Assembly: GCA_051294375.1 (NCBI GenBank) | Contig: CM119269.1 | Span: 18,275,413-18,339,412 of the forward strand | Length of the DNA stretch: 64,000 nt | Source: Paraspadella gotoi | Lineage: Eukaryota; Animalia; Chaetognatha | Direction of reading: 5' to 3' | Shown here: positions 26,340 to 37,799 of the stretch, one piece after another | How the letters are laid out: each line of letters opens with the position of its first letter | How positions within the stretch are numbered: the stretch's first letter is position 1 | Translations under genes and position numbers: made by a program | The notes under the pieces: model-generated | Told to the model about the DNA's origin: nothing | The model's input: only the letters and a program-made list of their open reading frames with translations | Databases searched by the model: none

Positions 26340-29300
26340 AAGGAAGAAATAAAGGTAATAAATGAAAAGAGAAAAAGAAAAGAGGAAAGACAGAGAATGA
26401 AAGAGAGAGAGATGGCCCCGCATTTCAACGATGAACGTTCTCTCCCTCAATCGACCGTTTATTGGCCTCTGCTCCGCCGTTCGCCCACCGGAAGCACAAT
26501 CCGAAAAAAGAATTGCTCCTCACCTATACCGATGACTCTCAGTCTCCTCACGGTTCCTCACCCTCTCAACCCCGTTCTCCCCCCCTTCTACTCTCATCCG
26601 CTCCCCTTTTGTTACTTCTCCCCCCCAGAAGAATGATGAATCCTTCTTGGCGCCTCTCGTGGTTTTCCTCCGGTCGGAACCGTATAGTTCGCTATTCGCA
26701 TCTCTTGGCCGAAAGAGTTGTGATTGTTATGTATGGTCTGGTCTCTCTCTCCTTCGTATTATTTTGGGAAACCTTGACAAATCTAACTTCCTCCATATTA
26801 CTCTATCTTTCTCTCCTTTGACATAATTACCCTCGCCTGTAGCCCTCTCTCTCTCTCTCTCTCTCCTCTCTCTCCTGAATCAAATGGACAAATTCACCCA
26901 ACTACCAAACTGTATTAGTTATCATATCACAAGTCTTTGTGGTTAAGAACTCCTTCTCTTCTTCCTTTCTTCACTCAACTCTCTTCACTCTCTCTCTCTC
27001 TCTCTCTCTCCTCCTCCTCTCCTCCTCTCTCCTCTTTTCTCCTCCTCTCCTCTCCATACCCCACCTCAATCTCAGAACCCAGTAACCCTTCCTCGTGACC
27101 CAAATGAATCCACTATTATTTGTGTCTTCTCTATATCTCCCCATGAGTTGATATGGTGTCGAATTTTTAGTTTGTCCCACGTTATTCTTGGCTACCCTTT
27201 TTTGATCCCCCATTAGTGACCTCCGAGGTTTTATACTCCTCATTCGTATTTTTTGCAATCTGGTTTGAAAGTAATTATTTATTGCAAAGCGCCCAGGATT
27301 TCTAAAAAGTTCGACGGGGGCGTTTCGCGGAATTTCAAGAGATTAATTTCGGAATTTTGGACTCCTCTGTAGAGTAAGGGGGGGATAGAGAGGGGCGTGC
27401 CTATGCCTTTGCGGTAGTTGGCTCGGGTGGGGAGAGACAGGAACGGGGATGATGACAGTGTTTGATGATCTCCCTAGTGTAGTAGATCAGAGAGGACCAT
27501 ACGAAGAATGTAAATGAGGAAAGGAAAAAAAAAAAAGACTGGATCACGTCTCCATTCCGTCGCTTGAGTGGCATTCATTTGGCCAGAAAAGGCATCGTTT
27601 TCCCGTTTCACGATTCGTTATGGTGACAAACCTCTCCTTGGTGTTTAATGCAATATTAGCAATCAAGGGTTGACGCGTCAGACTCGGGGAGAGAAATGCC
27701 CTGCGTCTTCTTTCTCTTCCAGTCTTGCGCATCTCTAAAAAAGTAGATTAAGTTGTATATTTAAATTTAAGGGAAACATAATATAAACGGAAAAAATATT
27801 TGGAATCTCGGAGAAACTCACTGATCGCGCGGAACAAAGATATTAAGAAAACGAGCGATTCACGGATCTAAAAGAGAGATAGAGATTGACAATTTTTCTC
27901 ACTTCGATGCGCAATGTGAAACCTCGGTGGTGAATCACGAGACATTTGGTGTGGCTGGCGCGTGGCCGTGGAATGGCTCAGTTCTCCGGAAATAACGTCA
28001 TTTCTACCAAATTATCGTACGATGGTTTTTGGGGGGCGTGGGGTCTTTTCTCTCAGTTCCCCGTGCTCCACCTATTTTCTATTAAAGCATATTGTGACAA
28101 GGAAAGAGAGGAAAAGGAGAAAACCCACGATAGTAGATGGGTCGAAAAAGAGGGAACGATGGAAGCGGATTTCTCTCAGTTTCTTCGCAACAGATGGCGA
28201 ATATCGCACCAATATTCCCAGACATGTGGTTGTGAGGGGGCAGGTAGGACCGGACTTCTCAAGTTCCCCCATGGGTGCGTCAACGCAATTCCGACATTTT
28301 GTGGCGAGGCGTGGCCGCGGACTCAGCATGTCCCGCCGTAGTCTCACCAGGAGGATTTCCAACATTTTGTGGAGGGGCGACGTGGTCTTCTCAGTTTACG
28401 CTTTCGTCTTCTCACCTTAAGGAAGTTTTTCCAAAAAAACATTTTTGTGGGGTAGTCCTGCGTTGGCTCTTTTTCTCAGTTCCCCGAACTCCTTACCAAT
28501 TTCCGACAATTAATTTTGTGGGGGCGTGGCTTCTCAGTTCCCCGTCTTCACCAATTTCCCGTTTTTTTTGTTTGTCCGATTTTATTTCAAGGATTTTCAT
28601 CTTTCCGGGGATCTGAGACTCACTCACAAGAAAATATTTCAAATACCGGGGATGTAATTTTCGCAGCCATGAGAGAAATTTCTCTCGTTCTCATTCACGG
28701 ACATAGTAGCACCGCCGGCCGTGCCGTCACTTTCATACCGACTTTCCGCGATTGCTGGTGGGACCAAAGCAGAGACCGCGAACTCCGCAGGATCGTTCAG
28801 AAACCGTTAGACCTAACGTTTTTCCCAATCCCGGGGCAAGGCATTTTCGCCCTTACTTGCTCCCCCTCCCCGAATTCTATGCTGACGTCCATTGCGATTC
28901 CCATTTTGATTATTTTTTATTATGCGAAAATGTTGTTTGTCAAGGTGCTTCACGGCCTTTAAAACTCTTTCTGCGCAGGCCTGAATCGCGCACAAGGTCC
29001 AAACCCTCTCGCCTGTCCTGACCGTCGTCGTTGACACGCTTTGGCGTACGCCAGTTGTCTGTGATCGGTTCGCCGTCCTCGAACGTTTGTTATATAGATA
29101 ACTAGCTCACACTGTCAATGTCACACCAGGTACATAAAGAAAAAACAAAGACCCGAGAAACCAAAACAAAAACAACAAAAAAACAAACAAAAACAAAACT
29201 ATAAAACAAATAAGAAGAATACAAACTGAGAAAACAAAACCATTATAACAACACGAACAAAACAAATAAAAAAAAACAACTGGAACCACAAAACAAAACA

Positions 29301-30610
29301 AACGAAAAACAAACTAAAAAAACTAGAACAAAGAGCAAAACACAAAAACCTCAAAACAAAACAAACTAAACAAAACAATCATAATCTCTACAAGAGAAAC
29401 AACAAAACAAACCAGAAGAGAGGGAAAGAAGAGAAAACCTGCTCCGAGGATGAGAGAGAAATTGACTTTGAAATGTTGTTAGAGAGTAGTTCCGCCAAAG
29501 CGAAATCGATTCAGATATGTCCCCCCAGTTTCTATAACAGTTGTCTTTGACATTTTAAAACAAGAGAGACACAAGTAAAGACTCATAAATTCCTAGCATA
29601 GAATAATATAGAGAGAGAGAGAGGAAGGAGTAAGGAGGAGATGGAGGGTGAGTAGTGAGATGGGACCCAGATTGAAGAACGAACGCAGAGAGACCTGAGT
29701 TGAGATAGAGATATTGTTCGTGATCTTTTATTGAGCACGAGAGGAGGTGCGACTTGCGACCGGAGAGGAGATGAGTGGTTTAGACCACGGTCAAGTAGAA
29801 GACAATGGAAAATCGTGCGCGACCTCCAACTTGGATTCCCTTTTTAACGCGAGTTCGGGTCGAGAGTTGACGAAAGATATGCAACAGCGCGCCCCGGCTC
29901 CTTTGTAACCCGTTTTTTGGCGTTGATGCGGGGCGGTTGGTGTTTGGGGGAGCTTGGCTAGGGGGGGGTAATAAAACGAGGATGATTGGTTTCCAAAATC
30001 AAAATGAAGGCGGAAAATAACTTAAACAATCGATGTTCTAGCTTAAAAGTATTGCTCTTTTTTTTTCCTAGTCGAGATCTGGCATTGATTAGAGAGAAGA
30101 AAAAAAAGAAAGAAAGAAAGGCAAAAAGCAAAAAAAAGAAATGAATGATGACCAATGCCTTATTTAAGAAAGGTTGTTTTCCCATTCATTAAGTAAAAAT
30201 AATAATTTCTACTGAGATGACAAGAAAGGGAAAGGAAAACAAGAAAGAAGAATGAAGACTAGTTATTCGAACTGATTCAGGTGGAAAGACCATTGAAATG
30301 TAATGGGCAGACCAGATTCATGGCAAAATGAGGTTAAATTCAAGTAAGTAGTAGAATAAACGACGGAAGGGAAGTAAAAGTACAAAAATAGTCGAGAAGG
30401 AAGGATAGTTAACGGGAAAAACCATAGGTAAGATAACGTAGAGGAATGAAGCGACTCCCGGTATGGCCATATATCTTAAAGCCCATAGAAGGTACTTTCT
30501 CTGATGACAAGAAGCCTAAAACCTAAGAAAATTTACCAAAGGGCTGCGGTAGAATTCCCTACTACCTTTTCGTTTTGACGGCCTGGAGGATAAAGAAAGA
30601 GGATAAATTT
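26340..30610 (-). repeat. Right (noisy) arm of the large inverted duplication (partner 21891-24665)
   Basis: Collinear reverse complement with many insertions. Confidence 0.8.
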
Positions 30611-31146
30611 TGTGGGAATGGTAGTTGCCCGTCGAACATATGGAGAAAGAAGATGAAATGAGATGATCGTTGTGAGAGAGTGAGAGATGTGATGAGTTTT
30701 GTTTTGAGAGGAGGAGAGAGTAGTGAGAATAGGACGGAGGAAATAAGAAGAAGAGAAGAGTAATGTTATCAGAGAGAGAACGAAGTTGGTGGGAGAGGGT
30801 TTCAGAAAGAAAAGGTTTGCTAAGTGAAGAGAGAGAGGAGTGAGACTGACTTACGAAGGAAGAAAGACTGTAAAGATCAGCATGAGTTGACCCCGCTCCT
30901 CTCTGCTGACCCACATATCGATACTGCAACAGGATCTCTACACAGACGTAGACCTGACGCAGTATTATAGACTGCAATAGAGAGCTATTGGAATTAAAGA
31001 GAAAGAAGAGGACAGATGGGGCCTCTCTCCTCTCTCTCTCTTTTCTCTTCGCTCTCNNNNNNNNNNNNNNNNNNNNNNNNNTAATGAGGGAATTTTATTC
31101 CCAACAGACAAAGAATTTTTCAATGTCTAGATTTTTATCAGTTGTT

Positions 31147-33200
31147 AAAATTACATTTTCTGTTAAAAAATTCACAGCTAAATAGATTTTACAAGGCAGC
31201 TGCCCTTGGGATCAAAGCGGCCCAGCATACCACTTTTTTTAAAATTAAAAACCTCCAATGATATTACCTTTCATGTTCCATCATCTTCGATTTCCAATCA
31301 ACGGCGGAGATGAAGGTCGGTTCGAAGATAAGAAGAAAAGAAGATTAAATAAGAAAAGAGAAGAAAAAAAAGGAAAGAAAAGAATTGCGCCGCGTAAACA
31401 AGAAGAGAGGAAAGGCGCGTGATGTCATTATCTCTTTTCTCCGCTTTTTCCTTAATCCCGCGGCTTCACAGTTCTTCTTTCTTTTAACGCCACGAGCGTG
31501 TCTTTCTGACCGTACGATTCGTGAAGATGGCAAACAGTCCATTAATATTGTGCGGAAGCTTGCTGCGTGCGAGAGGATCGTTGACAGACGTTACAAAAAC
31601 GTTCATTACTTAATAACTGCTGATATTACATTACCTCTCCCAGTCTTGACTGACCTGGATGGTCTTCGTCTTGGTAGGTGCTCCTCATTCCCCGTTGGGG
31701 TTAACGTAATTCTTTTTCTTTACGTGCGCAGAATCACATTTCTCTTCCAGCCTGATTTCACTGAAACCTTTCCATCGAAGCCCTTATAATGAACATTCTC
31801 AAATGAATTATCTTCAACGGGCATCCATCAAAGGATATTCATTTTCCAGTCTGAATCCACAGCAGCTTTTCGACTTAATCCACTGGTGCTTTCCCCTGAA
31901 TATTTTGAACTTCTTCTTCATCCTTAGGCCGAATAAACTGCTGAGTTTTCTCGCTTCATCTGAAATTTGAATCCATTGCCTCCTGTTTTCCTGCATCCTT
32001 TTTCACTGCTTCACCATCCTAGTTTGAATCCACTGCTGCTTTTTCTCTCAATTTACCCCCACCGCCTTATCTTTCACCGACAGAATCCATCACAGCTTTT
32101 TCCCCTGAATCCACTTCTGAATCTACTGCACCCTCTCCACTTTATAATCTCCATTCTGAATCTTCGTGTCCCACAATCTGAATTCACTGCTGATTTTTAC
32201 TGAATCCTTTCCACTGCTTCATCTTCCTCCAGTCTGAATCAACTGCATCCTCTCCACTGAATCCTCTTCAATCTTCAGTCTCTTTGGCCGCAAAAAAAAA
32301 AAAGGATTTCCGACTTCGCGAGTTCGTACGTGCGAATCCTCTTCCAATGCGCTTCCCTTTAACACTCCCCCTTTATCACCCTTCTTCCCATCAACCCCGG
32401 GTCCTTCCTCCCTCTACAGTCTGCACTCCCGTTATCTCCAACCACCTCGCTCCTAATCGCCCTCCACTCCAAATGCACGATTTTACTTCGGAGTTTCATC
32501 TCAACTTCCGCCTTAAATCTTCTGCCACATTTTCCCCCTCCTTCCACTTGGTTCTGCCTTTTGCTGACCTCTGCCTCCTCCTCTTTTCCTCTCTGCCCTT
32601 CCTTATTTTCTTATTTAAATATATTCCTGTCCCCCCCTTGCCTTTTTTTTTCCAGTCGTTTCCTTTCACCTCAATGGTTTCTCCCTTTTGTCCAAACTTA
32701 CCCATTACCGTCTCTGTCCCTCTTTTCCATTCTATCATTTTCATCTTCTTCCTCCTTTCCTCTCTTTTTTACTCTCCTTCCCTTTTCTCCCTTTCATTCT
32801 TTTTTCCTTCTTTCATATTCTAGTTTATTTTTTTTCTTTTTTCCACATTCTCTATTTACCTACTCTACTTCAAGTACTTACTTCCTCATTATTTATTTTC
32901 CTCTTTTTTCTTTTTTCTTCATCATTTTTTTTCCTAATTCCTCTTTAATTATTTTTGTTTTTCTTCCGTACTTTCTTTTCTCCTCCTTTCCTCGATTTCA
33001 TCCTTATACTCTTCTTTCTCACTTCCATCCTTCCTTCCTCTTCTCCTCCTCTTCCTCCTTTTCCCCCCTCCCTCCCCCCCATTTTTTTGGCTCTCTCCAA
33101 GTCTGCCACGAACTCAGTTTTTTACTATCTCTTCCCTCTTTTCTCTTTGCCTTTATTTCTCTTGCTCTTTTTACTTCTTTCTTTTTTTAGCCTTTTTTTT
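31147..33200 (+). repeat. First copy of a ~2.1-kb direct duplication (partner 34106-36400)
   Basis: Collinear from ttacattttctgttaaaaaa to ttttagcctttt. Differences are mostly single-base indels. Confidence 0.9.
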
Positions 33201-33254
33201 AACTTCGAAAGACAACTGCCAAAGAGTCGAAGGCTCCTTAAAAAAGTGAAAGTA

Positions 33255-33752
33255 TGTTAACCGCCACTAAAAAAAAAGAGGAGCGAGGAGGAGTGAGACG
33301 GGAGAGCAGATGAGAGACGAGATGAGATGGAGATGAGAAGAGAGAGAGTGAGAGAGGAGGAGAGATGAGAAGAGAGGAGGGGAGGAGAAAAGAACGAAAG
33401 GGACAAAAAACGAAAGGGCGAATTTTCGGAGCTAGACAAATGGGCGGAGAAGGAGGGGGTAGCAAGCGAGTTGAAGGAAACGGAAGGGAGGCAGGAAGGC
33501 AAAGAAAAGGAGGAGGAAAAATAAAAACTGAGAAAGCAAAAAGAGAGGGGAGAGAAAAAAAGAAAGAAAAAAGGAAAGTCTTCTTAGAAGACGATAGAGA
33601 GACGGGGAGAGTGGAAGCGAGTCACGGACGGAGAGGTCCTGGAAAAATTAAAGGACCAGCGACAAAAGGAAGTTCCGGAAAGACAGGAGCCATAAAAAAA
33701 TGAACTCGGGAATAAAAAAAGGAAAAAGAGAGAAGGAGGGAATTGCGAAGCA

Positions 33753-33788
<36 letters not shown>

Positions 33789-33930
33789 TGATATATTATA
33801 TTGAAAGGAGAAGCGCCAAAGAGAAAGGACCTTAAACGAAGGAACGAGGACAAGGGGGAAGTCGGTAAAGGAGTAAAAAAAAAAGTTAAAGAAAAAAAAC
33901 AAGGAGTAGAAGATGGAGGAAAAAGGAGGA
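33255..33930 (-). repeat. Inverted copy of 36400-36925
   Basis: For example gaggtcctggaaaaattaaagg...gcgacaaaagg pairs with ccttttgtcgctccctttaattttcaggacctc. Confidence 0.75.
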
Positions 33931-34105
33931 AGANNNNNNNNNNNNNNNNNNNNNNNNNTCTCTCTCTAAGACTTCCCTTTTTCTCTTTCTTTCTCTTTTT
34001 ATTTCCTCCTCTTTTCTTTCCTCCGTTTTCCTCGACTCGCTTGACCTCCGCCCTCCTCCGCCCATTCAGCTCCGAAATTCNNNNNNNNNNNNNNNNNNNN
34101 NNNNN

Positions 34106-36400
34106 TTAAAATTTACATTTTCTGTTAAAAAAATTTCACAGCTAAATAGAGATTTTAGCTAAAGGGGCAGCTGCCCTTGGATTCAAACGGCCCAGCATTA
34201 CCACTTTTTTTTAAAAATTAAAAACCTCGAATTATGAAGATTACCTTTCGATGTTCCATCATTTCTTCGAATTTTCCAATCAAAGCGGCGGAGTATGAAG
34301 GCTCGGTTCGAAGATAAGAAGAAAAGAAGATTTTAAATAAACGGAAAAAGAAGAAGAAAAAAAAAAAAAGGAAAGAAAGAAAATGCGCCGCGTAAAAAAA
34401 AACAAAACAAAAAAGAAGAGAGGAAAGCGCGTGATGTCCAATTAATCTCTTTTCTCCGGCTCTTTTGTCCTTTAATCCCGCGGCTTCACAGTTCTTCTAT
34501 TTCTTTTATACGCCACGATGCCGTTGTCTGTTCTGAGCCGTACGATTCGTGAAGATAGCGCAAACAGTCCAGTTTAATATTGTGCGGAAGCTTTGCTGCG
34601 TGCGTAGAGGATCGTTGACAGGACGTTACAAAAAGCGTTCATTACTAATAAACTTGATCTGAATATTACATTACCTCTCCCAGTCTTGACTTGACCGTGG
34701 ATGGTCTTCGTCCTTGTAGCGTGCTCCTTCATTCCCCGTTGGGTGTTAACGTAATTCTTTTTCTGGTACGTGCGCAGAATTCACGATATTCTCTTTCCAG
34801 CCTGATTTCACTCGAAACCATTTTCCATTCGAAGCCCTTATAATGAATACATTCTCAAATTGAAAATTATCTTTGCCAAACGGGCATCCACAAAGGATAT
34901 TCATTTTCCAGTCTGAATCCACAGCAGCTTTTCGACTTTAATCCACTGGTGGCTTTGTCCCTCTGAATATTTTTGAACTGTCTTCCTCACTTCCTAGGCC
35001 GAATAAACTTGCTGAGTTCTAGCTTGCATCATCTGAATTTGAATCGACTGCCCTTGCTGTATTTGCCTGCATCCTTTTGTTCACGTGCCTTTCCGACCAT
35101 CCTAGTTTTGGAATCCCACGTGCTGCTTGTCTGCTGCAAGTCTACCCCCACCCCGCCGTTATCTGTTCACGACAGAATCCATCGACAGCTTTTTCCCTGT
35201 GAATCCACTTCTGAATCTACTTGCACCCTCTTTGCCACCTTTATTAAATACTCATTCTGAATCTTCGTGTCGCCACAATCTGAATTCCACTGCTGCTTTT
35301 TACTGAATCCCTTTCCACTGCTTCCATCTCCTCAGTCTGAATCAACTGCATCCTCTCCACTGAATCCACTCTTCAATTCTTCAGTCTCTTGGCCGCCAAA
35401 AAAAAAAAGGATTTCGCGATCTCGCGAGTTCGATAGCGTGCGAATTCTCTCCAAATCTCTCCCGTAACCCCCTTAACAACCCTTTCTTCCCATCACCCCG
35501 GGTCCGGTTTCCATTTCCCCTTCTAACCCAGGTCTGCACGTCCCGTTTTATCTTCCAAACCAACCCTGGCCGCCTAATTTCCGCCCTTCCACTCCAAAGC
35601 ACGATTTTACTTCGGAGTTTTCATACTCGAACTTTCCGCGCGTTAAAATCTTTTCTGGCACATTTCCCCCTCCTTTTCACTTGGTTTCTGCCTTTGCCTG
35701 ACCTCTGCCTTCCTCCTCTTTTTCCTTCTCTGCCGCTTCCTTATTTTCTTATTTAATATATTCCTGTCCCCCCCTTGCCTTTTTTTTACAGTTTCTATTC
35801 CGTTTGCACCTCAAATGCAGTGTTCTCCCTTTAGGTGTCCAAACTACCCGGATGAGCGCGTTCCTCTGTCCCTGCTCATATATCCATCTGGCTCGTTTCC
35901 TCTGTCTTTTGTTACCTCGTCCTTTCCCTTTTCTTCCCCTTTCATTCTTTCTTCCTTCTTTCCTCTTACATAGTTTATTTTGTTATTATTTTATCCGACA
36001 GTTTCTCTATTTTAGCCTACTCTACGTTCAGTGGGGGTAGATACCTTACTGTGTCCTCATTATTTATTTTCCTCTTGTGTTGCGTTTTTTCGTTTGCATC
36101 AGTTTTTTTTTACTTCGTAATTCCTCTTTAATTATTTTTGTTTTTTCCTCCGTACTGGTCTTTTTCCTGCCTTTTTCTCGATTTCATCCTTGATTACTCT
36201 TCTTTTCTCACTTCCATCCTTTCCTTCCTCTTCTCTCCTCTTCCTCCCTTTTCCCCCCTCCCGCCCCGCCCATTGTTTTTTTGCATCCTCCAAGTTTTCT
36301 GCCTACGAACTCAGTGTTTTTACTATCGTCTTCCCTCTTTTCTCCTTTTCCTTTGATGTCTCTTGCCCTCTTTTTCTCTCTTTCTTCTTTTTAGCCCTTT
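34106..36400 (+). repeat. Second, insertion-rich copy of the 2.1-kb direct duplication
   Basis: See partner 31147-33200. Confidence 0.9.
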
Positions 36401-36857
36401 TTTATCTTCCTCCTTTTCGCTTCTCATCTATCTACTCTTGTTTTTTTCTTTACTTTTTTCTTCCTGCCGTACTGCCTTGGTCTCGTTCCTTTCGGTATAA
36501 GGGTGCCTTTCTTATGCGCTTTCTCCTTTCACAACCCTCTTTTTTTTTTTTTTTTTTTTGCCTTCGCAGTTCTCTCTCCTGCTTTATCTTTTTCCACGTA
36601 GTTCATTTTTTTATGCTCCTGTTTCTCCGGACTCCTTTTGTCGCTCCCTTTAATTTTCAGGACCTCTTCCGTGACTCGGGCTCCTTTTCTCCCTGCTCTA
36701 AGACTCCCTTTTTCTCTTTCTTTCTCTTTTATTTCCTCCTCTTTTCTTCCTCCGTTATTCCTCGACAATCTGCGTTGACCTCCGCCCTCCTCGCCATTCA
36801 GCTCGAACAGTTCCTGTCCCCTTTCGTTTTTCTCTTTCCTCTCTCTCGTCTCTCTCT

Positions 36858-36888
<31 letters not shown>

Positions 36889-36945
36889 CTTCTCTCTCTC
36901 TCTCTCGTCCTCCCTCTTGGTTAACATCTTCACTGTCTTTCCAAG

Positions 36946-36989
36946 GAAGTCCTTGACTTTGACCATTGTCTGTCATGGAAAGTTGTTCG
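36946..36989 (+). CDS. Candidate micro-exon of the host gene, upstream of the LTR element
   Basis: Pyrimidine tract plus ctttccaag| acceptor and a |gttagt donor at 36990. No homology recognised. Confidence 0.25.
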
Positions 36990-37020
36990 GTTAGTTGCGA
37001 GGGGAAGTCGTGTTACTCTT

Positions 37021-37582
37021 TGAGGCCCAAGAAAATCGTTGCCATCCAACGTGTACGGAAAGTGAAGTTGGCTGACGTTGGCGCTATTTCGTGGCTGACT
37101 GATGTGTTGTTTATGTAAAGCATTATAACAACTTGCTTGGTTAAAGGAAAGTAAAACTTTAAATAAAATAAATCAAAGCATATAGATATTGCCAGTTAGG
37201 CTATGTCAGCATAGCAAATATCAATCATGTTAAAGCACAAGACAATAGAAGTTAATCCATTAATTACAATTATATTAACAAGTAAAAGTAATATCCAATA
37301 AGCAAATTGTCAAGATTAAGTTGATTGAGATGTTCCAGTTATTTATTTCCCAAATTATGCTTGCTTTCTATGCAGAATGGAATAAAGAAGGGAAGAAATA
37401 GCTGAATCTAGGTTACTTGATAGGTTTCTTTGTTTATGTAACACAAGGCTAACAAAAGGCTAAAAGGATTAACAAAAGTTAACATAAAGTTTCCAAGTAG
37501 ATAATCGTATTGTACATTGGCGACTCTGGACCGAGTCTCAGCCTCAGGCCGGCTGGCGAATCTCGTGGGTTTCAAAACCACA
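37021..37582 (-). repeat. 3' LTR (562 bp)
   Basis: Plus strand begins TGAGGCCCAAGA and ends TTTCAAAACCACA. Collinear with 42725-43338. Confidence 0.88.
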
Positions 37583-37799
37583 ACCAGACTCGAAAATACG
37601 GGTACAACAGATATTAAGGAACGATTGGGCCTCATAACTTTTTTAAGGTATTGAATAAAGAATTAAAAAAATTATCTATACTAAATTGTTTGATATACCA
37701 TATGCAAATAACAAAAATATGTTATATATTCGTTTTCCGGTTAAACTTGAGGAATGTCTGATACCGTTATAATTTCGTTATTCGTAACAACTATGTTTT

